From Candidatus Hydrogenedentota bacterium (GTDB taxonomy: Bacteria > Hydrogenedentota > Hydrogenedentia > Hydrogenedentales > SLHB01), in the NCBI GenBank assembly GCA_963745075.1, contig CAVUWV010000017.1, positions 96,001 through 160,000 on the forward strand: a stretch of DNA of 64,000 nt. The letters are read 5' to 3'. Shown piece by piece: positions 1 to 8,592 of the stretch. The notes below the pieces were generated by a model. It did no database searches. It saw only the letters and a list, made by a program, of their open reading frames with translations, and had not been told where the DNA came from. Each line of letters starts with the position of its first letter. Position 1 is the stretch's first letter. The position numbers were made by a program, and so were the translations under genes.

Positions 1-443
1 TCCAGCGGGGTCAGGGTGATCTCCCAGAGATAGTAACTCTCGAATTCGTTCCGGGTGTCGTTCTCCGCGAGCGTCATATGGCCGTCCACGGCAAACCAAT
101 ACTTGATGCCTCCCCCGAGGATCATAAGCACCATGCCCCCGTGGATAATCAGATTCCCAAACGTATTCTTCCCTTTCCGCATCCGGATGATGCCTCCCAG
201 CACCAGGTTGATGCAGAACAACACCAAGAGCAGGTACACACCCGGCAAGGGCACTGGGATTCGGTCGAATGCCCAGTACACGGTGAAGAGTGAATCAAAG
301 TATTTTCGCTGGACTTCGAAGAGTCCCTGGCTCGTTTGTTCGATGGTGCCCAGGAAGGTGATGAGAAGCATGAATAAAAATATCACGCACGCAAACCCGT
401 AGGATGCGAGAAAATCTACCGTCAGTTTCAAAACTTTGGTCAT
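1..443 (-). CDS. ResB/CcsB-like cytochrome c biogenesis membrane protein (N-terminal part; runs off window start)
   Basis: Not in the ORF track. My translation from ATG 443: MTKVLKLTVDFLASYGFACVIFLFMLLITFLGTIEQTSQGLFEVQRKYFDS...PLPGVYLLLVLFCINL...NLIIHGGMVLMILGGG...DGHMTLAE. The TM pattern, 'GT..Q', 'PGxY' and conserved His resemble ResB-family N-termini. Confidence 0.7.
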   Translation of the reverse strand, partial: MTKVLKLTVDFLASYGFACVIFLFMLLITFLGTIEQTSQGLFEVQRKYFDSLFTVYWAFDRIPVPLPGVYLLLVLFCINLVLGGIIRMRKGKNTFGNLIIHGGMVLMILGGGIKYWFAVDGHMTLAENDTRNEFESYYLWEITLTPL

Positions 444-471
444 GTCAACGTGTGCCCGCTCTTTAATCCGC

Positions 472-1593
472 TCAGTGTTCGATTGATTGGCAGAAAGCCA
501 GGAATTGGGCCTTCTGCCGTGCCACGTCGTTCGAGGGGCCGACCAGTTTTATGAAAATCGCGTGACCCGCATGTTGCGCCACTACGCCCAACAAAGTTGC
601 ATCGTCCACGTGATTGCCACTCATGGTGTCGTTAAAGGCGCCGGTGAACTCCACCACCGGAGCTTTCGCGCCCAGAACATCGACCACTGGAAGGTCCGCC
701 ACGGCCGCCTCCGTTAGCGGCTCCGCGCCGATTTGACGTGCCCAACGATTGATGTTGGACACGAGGCCGCCGCCATCGCCCGCGAGTACGCTGACGTAAC
801 ATTCGGTCGCGTCGTTAGCACCCATGGTAAAGGTCACCGCGCGCATCGGCCGGTCCGGCCCCTGCTTCCATCCGTCCGGCGCGGTCCAGTGAAGCCCCAG
901 TCCATCCGAGGAATTGCCGCCTCCCGAACCGGACATCGCGGGCGGAGGCGCCGCCGCCGAACGACGGATGGTCAGCGACGAGCAAAAATCGGTGAAATGC
1001 GCCATTTCCCGGTCTACAACATCCTTGGGCCCGAGGAGTTTTACAAAAAGGCCTTGATCGTTCAGGGGAAGTATCAGCCCGGCGAGCTTGTATCCGGGCT
1101 CGTTCCGATCTCCTCGCATGCCTTTGTACATCCCCTCGAATTCCACGTAGATCGCCTCCTGGCCGAGCAATGGTCTTTTGGGGAGTGACGTAAGTTCCTC
1201 TGGTGAATAGGGTTCCAGGGACATCTGCTTCCGCCAGCGGTTGACGTTGGCCGCGATACCGCCACCGCCTCCGGGCAAGACCGTCAAATAACATTCCGCC
1301 CGGTTGTCGCCAGCCGGCACCAGATTGACCAAGCGCATGGAATTGGCCGGCGCCTCAATCCATCCTTGAGGAACATCCCAGGTGAAGGGAAGTTGGCTCT
1401 CACTGGGAGCGGGATTGGCGGCCATCCTCACGCCGAACCGCTGCGCGCTGGTTAGACCCGCCGGAATTGGGGCCGTGTGGTCAGCGGTTCTGGTTTCCGT
1501 GATTTCTTGAACGGTCGCGTCTTGGCCGCAGGCTACCACGAAAATGGGCAGCGCAAGCACGAGAAAGGGGCACAGAAAACGAGCAGATTTCAT
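472..1593 (-). CDS. Lipoprotein with two internally repeated domains, upstream of the ResB-like gene
   Basis: Lipobox VVAC; two repeats (WxxPxGW..P...MR / ECYxxVLxGxGGGxxxNxNRWxxQ / FxKLxGP) joined by an Ala/Pro/Gly/Ser linker. Confidence 0.75.
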   Translation of the reverse strand: MKSARFLCPFLVLALPIFVVACGQDATVQEITETRTADHTAPIPAGLTSAQRFGVRMAANPAPSESQLPFTWDVPQGWIEAPANSMRLVNLVPAGDNRAECYLTVLPGGGGGIAANVNRWRKQMSLEPYSPEELTSLPKRPLLGQEAIYVEFEGMYKGMRGDRNEPGYKLAGLILPLNDQGLFVKLLGPKDVVDREMAHFTDFCSSLTIRRSAAAPPPAMSGSGGGNSSDGLGLHWTAPDGWKQGPDRPMRAVTFTMGANDATECYVSVLAGDGGGLVSNINRWARQIGAEPLTEAAVADLPVVDVLGAKAPVVEFTGAFNDTMSGNHVDDATLLGVVAQHAGHAIFIKLVGPSNDVARQKAQFLAFCQSIEH

Positions 1594-1764
1594 GACAACC
1601 TTGCCGCGCCGGAGCCGGCGCAGTCTTTGTAACTCCAGGTAGATTCAATAGGTTATGATGCCGGGGCCCGCGAAGTCAAAACAGACACCACCCCCTAATG
1701 AACACAAAAGGCAGGTTGGGGAATTCCGCGCCGGCGGTCTGAATCGTTCGGTACGACCCAGATG

Positions 1765-2922
1765 CTAAACCACTGCGGCGTCCGGCTGCGGAATGCGCTT
1801 GAGCGCGTGCCGAGACAATGCGCCCCGCCACCGTTGCGCCCGCGCATAGTTCAGAAGCTTGCTGTACAACTCGGGGCCCAATTTGGGAAAGGGTACCGCC
1901 GTATCAGTAGCCCGCACCGTGTTGGTTCGGTCGAAAATAGGCTGGTGCTGCAGGTACACCCGGTAGTGTTGGAAGGCGGAATGGGCGATACCTTCAAGGG
2001 TGGACGGCGTACCGTCCAATTCCGGCACAACTTCGAACTCGATGTTGCTTTCCCGGATGATCTCGTTGACCCACTCTTTGAGTCGGCCAACCGTATCCGG
2101 GTAGGGGTTTGTCAAGTGGTACGTCAGGCAGCGGTCGCCTTCCGTTTCGATTATGTGCCACAGCGCCCGCGCGGTCCAATCCACCGGCACCAGGTTCGTC
2201 GTGGCGTCCGCATTGCCTTCAAGGCGGATTCGATGGTGTCCGTTCGGCTTCCGGGACGAGGCCATGTCGACCAAACGCAGGAATCCATAGAAATTCTGGA
2301 AATCGCAAATCTTTCCGTGGTCGGTCGCTCCGACGATAATCGAAGGACGGAAAATGGCGCCGTACGTTCGGCCATCCGCGAACGCGTCGCGCACCAGCCG
2401 TTCCGAGACGCACTTGGTGCGTTCGTAGGTGTTATTGAAATCCTGTCCGCTCTCAAGTTCGTATTCCATCGCCGGGCCGCGAAGGTTTCCAGCCACGTAG
2501 GCGGTGCTGACATGGTAAAACGCCAAATCGCTTTCAGCAACGAAATCGAGGACGTTCTGCACCCCCGCTACATTCGTCTGCCAGAGGCTCTCATCGTCCT
2601 TGGGGTTGAAGCTCGTGGATGCCGCGCAGTGAATGAACGCGCCGGCCGATTCCCGCAAGCGCTTGGAGTCCTCGTTGTCCAGGCCAAGATTGGGTTCACA
2701 GGCGTCTCCGTGAATAATCTCGACCATGCCTCGAAGCTGCTGTTTACCAAGCAGACGCAGTACCGCATCCAACCGGGTCTCGGCGTGGTGGCGATCCACG
2801 TCACGCATAAGAACCGCCGGACAATGGCCCCGTTCCAGGGCCTCGTTGAGGATCCAACTCCCCAGGATTCCGGTGGCGCCGGTGATAGCGATAGACGGAC
2901 GACGAATGGGACTGGCTTTCAC
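1765..2922 (-). CDS. Extended SDR / NAD_binding_4 (thioester- or fatty acyl-CoA-reductase-like) oxidoreductase
   Basis: ITGATGILG Rossmann motif, IHCAA, HVSTAYVAG, YERTK (YxxxK), RPSIIVG, NLVPVD. Confidence 0.8.
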   Translation of the reverse strand: MKASPIRRPSIAITGATGILGSWILNEALERGHCPAVLMRDVDRHHAETRLDAVLRLLGKQQLRGMVEIIHGDACEPNLGLDNEDSKRLRESAGAFIHCAASTSFNPKDDESLWQTNVAGVQNVLDFVAESDLAFYHVSTAYVAGNLRGPAMEYELESGQDFNNTYERTKCVSERLVRDAFADGRTYGAIFRPSIIVGATDHGKICDFQNFYGFLRLVDMASSRKPNGHHRIRLEGNADATTNLVPVDWTARALWHIIETEGDRCLTYHLTNPYPDTVGRLKEWVNEIIRESNIEFEVVPELDGTPSTLEGIAHSAFQHYRVYLQHQPIFDRTNTVRATDTAVPFPKLGPELYSKLLNYARAQRWRGALSRHALKRIPQPDAAVV

Positions 2923-3289
2923 GTTGATTCCTTCAGTTCCTCGGCTTCAGGTGCCCCCAAATTGGCGGGTAGTGAGACGACTGGGTGATTATACCTTTTG
3001 ATCGCTGTCAAACACTACCTCTCGAACGCCCCATCATTACACGCGGGCCCTTCGTAAGTCCCCACAATTCCCCATGGTACGCGGTGAAGGCCAAACACCG
3101 GGAATATTAGGATACTCTATCTGCTTGCACAAAGCGTATCGGGGAATCCCCTTATACACGAATCTTCGGCGCCATTTGCAGTGGATACCGGCGCCGATAC
3201 AACCCTGGCCCGCGTCTTGTCGGAATCACGTGGTCCAAAACGCCTGCCAATCCTTTGACGTGTGGCTGTTCCGTTTGGTTTCAATGCGG

Positions 3290-4297
3290 TTATTTGGTTT
3301 CGCGGCCCGCGTATTGCCGTTTGTAGTATTCGAGGAACTCACCGGTCTTGATTTTCCGCCACCACCACTCGTTGTCCTGGTACCACTTCACCGTCAACGC
3401 GATGCCCTCGTCCCAGTTCATAACCGGCTTCCAGCCAAGTGCCTTAAGTTTCGAGGAATCGATCGAATACCGACGGTCGTGGCCGGGCCGGTCTGTGATA
3501 GGTTGAATCAACGACTCGTCCTTGCCGACGCACTCCAGTATTTTCCGGGTTAATACGATGTTTTCCCGTTCGTTTTCCCCCGCGATATTATACACCTCGC
3601 CGGGGGCACCGTGCCGCAACGCGTGGTCCACGCCGCGGCAATGGTCTTCGACGAACAACCAGTCGCGCACGTTCTTGCCGTCGCCATAAAGCGGCAAAGG
3701 TTCGCTATCGATGGCGTTCGTGACAAACAAGGGCAGCACCTTTTCCGGGTATTGATACGGGCCGTAGGTATTCGAACCCCGCGTAATCGTCACGGGAACG
3801 CCAAAGGTGTGGAAATAGGAAAGGCCCAGCAGTTCACCGCCCGCCTTGCTCGCCGAGTACGGATTGCGCGGCCCCACCGGGTCGGTTTCCTTGAACGATC
3901 CTTTTTCGATGCTGCCGTAGACTTCATCCGTCGAGACGAGCAGCACGCGCTTCGTGCCTTGCGCCTTGGCGGCTTCGAGGATGTTGTGGACTCCCCGCAC
4001 GTTGGTCGCGATGAAGTCGGACGCTTCAATGATGCTGCGGTCCACGTGACTGTCCGCCGCGAAATTTACGACCGCATCGCACCCTTCCATGGCTTGGGCC
4101 ATGGTTTCGGCGTCCGCGATGTCCGCCTGCACGAACGTGTGCCGCGACGCATCGAGGTCTCTGAGATTGTCGAGATTGCCGGCGTACGTGAGCTTATCCA
4201 CGTTCACCACATGCACCTCGGGATAGGTCTTCAAGGTGTGGCGCACGAAATTAGATCCGATGAATCCCGCGCCTCCGGTGACGACAATTCGTTTCAT
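3290..4297 (-). CDS. rfbB: dTDP-glucose 4,6-dehydratase
   Basis: VTGGAGFIGSNF, DKLTYAGN, SHVDRSI, STDEVYG, PYSASKA, DRPGHDRRY. Confidence 0.95.
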   Translation of the reverse strand: MKRIVVTGGAGFIGSNFVRHTLKTYPEVHVVNVDKLTYAGNLDNLRDLDASRHTFVQADIADAETMAQAMEGCDAVVNFAADSHVDRSIIEASDFIATNVRGVHNILEAAKAQGTKRVLLVSTDEVYGSIEKGSFKETDPVGPRNPYSASKAGGELLGLSYFHTFGVPVTITRGSNTYGPYQYPEKVLPLFVTNAIDSEPLPLYGDGKNVRDWLFVEDHCRGVDHALRHGAPGEVYNIAGENERENIVLTRKILECVGKDESLIQPITDRPGHDRRYSIDSSKLKALGWKPVMNWDEGIALTVKWYQDNEWWWRKIKTGEFLEYYKRQYAGRETK

Positions 4298-5142
4298 TCA
4301 CGAGTCTCCCGTTTCTGCATGTAGCGCTGCAGCGCGTCGGTCCAATGCGGCATAGTAAAACCGCAGGCCGCCACGAGTCGCGCATTCGACAATACGGAGT
4401 AGGCCGGTCGCGGCGCTTTCGAGGGATACTCCGTAGCCGCGCACGGCTCCACCGGTGTCGAGACGCCGGCGGTTTTCAAGATTGCCTGCGCAAATTCAAA
4501 ACGTGAACAAGTCCCCTCGTTCACGGCGTGGTACGTTCCGTACGCCGCGGTACGCGCCAGCGCGCGTGTCGCTTCGGCCAGATCCCGCGTGTAGGTCGGC
4601 GAGCCCACTTCGTCACTCACCACGCGGAGCGACGGCCGCTTCGACGCGGCCGCGAGGATTTTCTCCACAAAATTGTTTCCACCGATTCCGTACAACCACG
4701 CGGTCCGCACGATGAAGTGCCGTTCCCACGATCCCCGCGTCGCCGCTTCACCCGCCGCCTTGCTCTCCGCATAAACGCCGTGCGGCGAAATGGGATCGCC
4801 GGCTTCGTACGGTGTCGTCTTTGTGCCGTCGAACACAAAGTCCGTGCTGAAGTACACCACCGGCACTTCCCGCGCGGCTGCCATCTGCGCCACGTTGCGC
4901 GCGCCGCGTTCGTTCACGGCATACGCCGCGTCACGGTCCGACTCGGCGCGTTCCACATCCGTGTACGCAGCCGCATTGATGATGATTTCCGGTCGCGCGC
5001 GCTCGACTGCCGCGCGCAGCGCCGTTGCATCGGTGATATCGAGTTCAGCGTAGGTCAGACCCGTCGTCGGTCCGGCTGTGGCGAATACGTCGATGAGCAC
5101 GTGACCTAACTGACCATCCGCGCCGACTATCAGTGTTTGCAT
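4294..5142 (-). CDS. rfbD: dTDP-4-dehydrorhamnose reductase
   Basis: GADGQLG, INAAAYTDV, STDFVFDG, YAESK, GSPTY, RPAYSVL; 4-nt overlap with rfbB. Confidence 0.93.
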   Translation of the reverse strand: MQTLIVGADGQLGHVLIDVFATAGPTTGLTYAELDITDATALRAAVERARPEIIINAAAYTDVERAESDRDAAYAVNERGARNVAQMAAAREVPVVYFSTDFVFDGTKTTPYEAGDPISPHGVYAESKAAGEAATRGSWERHFIVRTAWLYGIGGNNFVEKILAAASKRPSLRVVSDEVGSPTYTRDLAEATRALARTAAYGTYHAVNEGTCSRFEFAQAILKTAGVSTPVEPCAATEYPSKAPRPAYSVLSNARLVAACGFTMPHWTDALQRYMQKRETRE

Positions 5143-5164
5143 GAGATCCCCTTGAGCGGTCGGG

Positions 5165-5173
5165 ATTGTAGCA
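5165..5173 (-). promoter_or_regulatory. Extended -10 promoter element for rfbD-rfbB
   Basis: Minus strand TG-C-TACAAT about 22 nt upstream of the rfbD ATG; AAGGGG SD follows. Confidence 0.4.
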
Positions 5174-5246
5174 AGACGGGGAGTGCAAAAGAAATCTCCC
5201 GCATCGCAGTTTTCGCACCGGCAATCCGGCTATCTTGTGCGGAAGC

Positions 5247-5273
5247 TCAAGTTTTTGAGTGTTTCGCCGATAC
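5247..5273 (+). promoter_or_regulatory. sigma28 (FliA/SigD)-type promoter, unit 1
   Basis: TCAA(GTTT)-N15-GCCGATAC versus consensus TAAA-N15-GCCGATAA. Confidence 0.7.
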
Positions 5274-5279
5274 ATGTAG

Positions 5280-5560
5280 TACAACGCCGAGGCACGGAGG
5301 CCGAGGCAGAATCAGACACGGATGTCGCAAGAGTTGAATGTGGGGTTGGGTAGGCCAATCCTCCCAACCGTCAGCAAAACGGCGTGATGCATGTCCCTGC
5401 ATCCCGTCTTTGCATAGAATGCCCGGTGACCATCCCTACACCGGGTAATCGCAGTGTAGGTGGGTGCTCATCCCTGCACCATACCTGAAAAAGTGACCAT
5501 AGTTTTACCCTCCATGAGTGGCGCCACAATCCCATAGTTGTGGCGTCCTTCCTTTTTTCT
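5280..5560 (+). ncRNA. Candidate sigma28-dependent sRNA 1 (two ACGGA hairpins plus five C-rich-loop hairpins)
   Basis: Bounded by a sigma28 promoter and a terminator; no credible ORF. GGC-ACGGAG-GCC at 5291-5302 and GACA-CGGA-TGTC at 5315-5326, then hairpins enclosing TAGGCCAATCCT, TGTCCC, ACCATCCCTA, TCATCCCT and TCCCATAG. Confidence 0.6.
5520..5560 (+). terminator. Intrinsic terminator of candidate sRNA 1
   Basis: CGCCACAA-TCCCATAG-TTGTGGCG stem-loop followed by TCCTTCCTTTTTTCT. Confidence 0.65.
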
Positions 5561-5600
5561 CTTGCCGCGCCAGTCCGAAATCTTTCATCAAATTTGCCGC

Positions 5601-5627
5601 TAAAGTTCCCCGCCCTTCCGCCGATAA
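5601..5627 (+). promoter_or_regulatory. sigma28 (FliA/SigD)-type promoter, unit 2
   Basis: TAAA-gttccccgcccttcc (15 nt)-GCCGATAA, an exact consensus match. Confidence 0.8.
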
Positions 5628-5633
5628 AAGTAC

Positions 5634-5825
5634 TGCACGGACCGAGACACGGAGGTCGAGGTCACCTGACACGGATGTCACCCATTTTAATAGGTCTGAG
5701 GACGACGCCGGCGAAAGCCGCACGGGGCGACCAATCCCATCGCCCGCTACGTGACGCGTCCGAAAGGTCTAACCCTCTGTAGAGTGCGCTATGGCACTGC
5801 GTGGCATAGCGCATTTCTCCTTTTT
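5634..5825 (+). ncRNA. Candidate sigma28-dependent sRNA 2 (5' module paralogous to sRNA 1)
   Basis: ACGGA at 5637, GAC-ACGGAG-GTC 5646-5657, TGAC-ACGGAT-GTCA 5667-5680; multibranch domain with a CGGC-GAAA-GCCG GNRA hairpin and GGGCGA-CCAATCCCA-TCGCCC; terminator at the 3' end. Confidence 0.6.
5785..5825 (+). terminator. Intrinsic terminator of candidate sRNA 2
   Basis: TGCGCTATG...CATAGCGCA 9-bp stem followed by TTTCTCCTTTTT. Confidence 0.65.
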
Positions 5826-5852
5826 CCCCGCATCATGCCAGTCTTCCTTCGC

Positions 5853-5876
5853 TAATCGTAATCGTAATCGTAATTG
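5853..5876. repeat. Hexamer tandem repeat (TAATCG)x3 + TAATTG
   Basis: Directly visible just downstream of the truA stop. Confidence 0.8.
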
Positions 5877-5883
5877 GCCCGCC

Positions 5884-6651
5884 TCAATACTCCACCGCCA
5901 TCAAGGTCAGCCCCCGTGCAGGCGCTGTAAAGCCGTGATACGGTCCTGGCGATCCCAACAACGCGTCGATACGCGACTCCGGCAGGTGGCCGCGTGCCAC
6001 CTCCACCAAGGTCCCCGTGATGTTACGGACCATTTTGTAGAGGAACCCGTTCCCGTGGAATTCCAACCGCCACAGGTTTTCCACGTCCGGGGTTTGAATC
6101 ATGCCGCCTTTCGCCAATCGCAGCGAATACAGGGTGCGGACGGTGGAATGCTTCGGGCTGGCATTGCTTCCCTCGAAACTCGCGAAATCATGTTCACCCT
6201 CGAACTTCGTGCACAGATTACCCAACCGCTCGAGATTCAAATCGCGGGGGGCGTGCCACGCAAAGTCCGCACAAAAAGGATCCGGTTCCCGATTCAGATC
6301 GAGCGCGTACCAGTATCGCTTGGCACGGGCGGATTTACGGGCGTGAAATCCCTCCGGCGCCGGCGTAATCGATTCGAAACGAATCTCCGGACCCAGCATT
6401 TGCGACAGGGACCGCCGCAGCCGCTTCGGATCCACGTGATCCGGCAGGGTGAACGAACACACTTGCCCCAAGGCGTGGACTCCGGCATCGGTGCGGCTCG
6501 CGCCGTGGACGGGCACCGGTTCGCCCACAATCCGCTCGACGGCGGCCAGGATCTCGCCCTGCACCGTCCGTTCCGTGGGCTGAACCTGCCATCCGGCAAA
6601 ATTGGAGCCCACGTAGCGCACAACGGCTTTGTAGTTCCGAGTCTCCGGCAT
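5884..6651 (-). CDS. truA: tRNA pseudouridine(38-40) synthase
   Basis: YVGSNFAGWQVQ, TVQGE, GASRTDAGVHALGQV, GEHDFASF, GFLYKMVRNI, TAPARGLTL. Confidence 0.95.
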   Translation of the reverse strand: MPETRNYKAVVRYVGSNFAGWQVQPTERTVQGEILAAVERIVGEPVPVHGASRTDAGVHALGQVCSFTLPDHVDPKRLRRSLSQMLGPEIRFESITPAPEGFHARKSARAKRYWYALDLNREPDPFCADFAWHAPRDLNLERLGNLCTKFEGEHDFASFEGSNASPKHSTVRTLYSLRLAKGGMIQTPDVENLWRLEFHGNGFLYKMVRNITGTLVEVARGHLPESRIDALLGSPGPYHGFTAPARGLTLMAVEY

Positions 6652-6840
6652 GTCGCGCAGCGATGCCGCACCCTCCTCGTGATTGGTTTCCGGCGCTCAC
6701 GGAGTAGCAGGAACCGCGCGCCATGTCAACTTAAATGTATCGAGAGGCGTATCTTAGACGATCCCTGTGGTTTGACAGGGTCCGTTGCCGTGGGATACGC
6801 TGTGGCCATACGAATGTATCGACGCTGGGAGATAACGGGA

Positions 6841-7323
6841 ATGAGACATCCAGGTGCCGTGCTGCTGTGCGTGCTGGTGGCGGGAACGATGATGGGCTGC
6901 AATACCCTTGGGCGGCAACCGAGACTTGAAAATGCCACCATTGCGCCGGCGAGCCTGATGCCCGAACAGAGCGCCGTCATTACGGTGAAAGTTGTCGATA
7001 AACGCCACATCGTCGACCGGGTTGTGGGCGTCGTGCTGGAAGACCCGCGTATGAAGTTCCCCTTGCGTGACGACGGTGTCGCGCCCGATGAAAAGGCCGA
7101 CGATCATATCTGGTCGCTTCAGGTTGACGTTCCCTTCGGAGCGCCGCCCGGACAATTCACGCTGGAACTGACGGCCTTCAACGCCAAAGGTGATGCCATC
7201 ACCGTTCGGAAGTCCAAGAGTGAAGAAGGACCTCTGACGGCCACCTGCACGCTCGTCATCGAGTACCCGCCCGAGTCGGCCGACAACGCCGAGTCTCCCG
7301 AAACCGCCCCCTCCGGAGGGTAA
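6841..7323 (+). CDS. Lipoprotein with a choice-of-anchor-X-like (LxDDG..PD..A.D.I[WY]S) segment
   Basis: ATG 6841 gives MRHPGAVLLCVLVAGTMMG-C (lipobox); LRDDGVAPDEKADDHIWS. The upstream part of the track ORF is antisense to truA. Confidence 0.7.
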   Translation: MRHPGAVLLCVLVAGTMMGCNTLGRQPRLENATIAPASLMPEQSAVITVKVVDKRHIVDRVVGVVLEDPRMKFPLRDDGVAPDEKADDHIWSLQVDVPFGAPPGQFTLELTAFNAKGDAITVRKSKSEEGPLTATCTLVIEYPPESADNAESPETAPSGG

Positions 7324-7336
7324 GGGATTCCTCGAA

Positions 7337-8592
7337 ATGATTAGTCTTTTGGTGGCGGCGTGTTTGAGCGCCCCCAATGTCGTGATGCTTTCTGTTGATA
7401 CCCTGCGGGCCGATCATCTCGGTTGCTATGGGTACGAGTACGATACCACCCCTCATCTCGACCAGTTCGCCCGGGACGCAATGGTTTTCGACAACTGCGT
7501 TACGGAAGTCCCCCTGAACGTCGCCGTCCTTCGGCGCCATGATGACCTCGCATTATCCGCGTATGAACGGCGCCGCGCGCAACGGATTGCCCCTTCCCGA
7601 GTCCGTGCCGACCCTGGCCGAACAGTTTCAAGGCGGCCGGGTATTATACGTTTTGCGTGCAAAGCAATTGGACCCTCAAGGCGCCACTCTGCGGACTCGC
7701 GCGAGGGTTCGACACGTACGAGGACAGTTTCCACAAGAAGCGCTGGGGTTTCCTGAAGTCCGAGCGTTACGCCGATGAAGTCGCGAAGATCGCGGTGGAG
7801 TTCCTGACGAAACGCGATCCGGACAAACCATTTTTCGCCTGGATCCATTTCTCCGATCCGCACGCCCCGTACAAGTTTCACAAAAAGTTCAATCCCGGCG
7901 ACCGCGACCTGCGAAAGCTGAGCGATGATGAAGACACCCGCGCCCGGTACGATTCGGAAGTGGCATACGCGGACCACAACATCCAGAAGGTGCTCGACGC
8001 CATTCCCGAAAACACCTACGTGCTTTTCGTGGCGGACCATGGGGAAAGCCTACACGAACACGATTACCTCGGTCACGGGCGCAGAATCTATCAGACGGGG
8101 CTTCACATCCCTCTGATGGTGCGCGGTCCCGGGATCGCGCCGGGGCGTACGGTGGCGCCCGCGCGGGGTGTCGATATCGCACCGACGATTCTGGGTCTGG
8201 CCGGTCTGTCGCGGCCAGACGGCATGCTTGGTCTGGATTTGTTGAACGATCCCGTTCCGGACGATCGCGTTCGTGTGGTCGAGACCTACGGCGGAGCGGT
8301 TCCCAAGATTCCCGGCGCGAAGGCGCTGATGGCGTCGCGCCCGCCCATGCGCCAGGGCGTGATCTCGGGGAACTGGAAGCTCATCATCGGCGGCCCGGAA
8401 ACCGAGTTGTTCAATCTCGCCGATGATCCCGAGGAATTGAACAATGTCGCGGGGCAGGCGGAGGACCGTCAAAAGAACCTCGCCGCCTTTATCTCAACCT
8501 GGGATACCGCGACCTCGAAAGAGGACACGGAAGCCGCGGACTTGAGCAACGAGGATATCGAAGCCTTAAAGAGTCTGGGCTACGTGGAGTGA
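7337..8592 (+). CDS. Sulfatase-like hydrolase/transferase (alkaline phosphatase superfamily) with two +1 frameshifts
   Basis: PNVVMLSVDTLRADHLGCYGY; removing one A (~7517) and one G (~7632) gives VPLTSPSFGAMMTS...QFQAAGYYTFCVQSN. Also FSDPHAPY, ADHGESL, LFNLADDPEE, LKSLGY. Confidence 0.8.

Noticed and set aside
5286..5680. CRISPR array from the repeated CACGGA module
   Set aside because: Only two degenerate copies ~355 nt apart, no regular spacers and no cas genes.
5691..5771. Hammerhead ribozyme (CTGAGGA...CGAAA)
   Set aside because: The GGACG/CGTCC stem follows CTGA directly, so the CUGANGA core is incomplete and no stem III or NUH site fits; better read as an internal loop of candidate sRNA 2.
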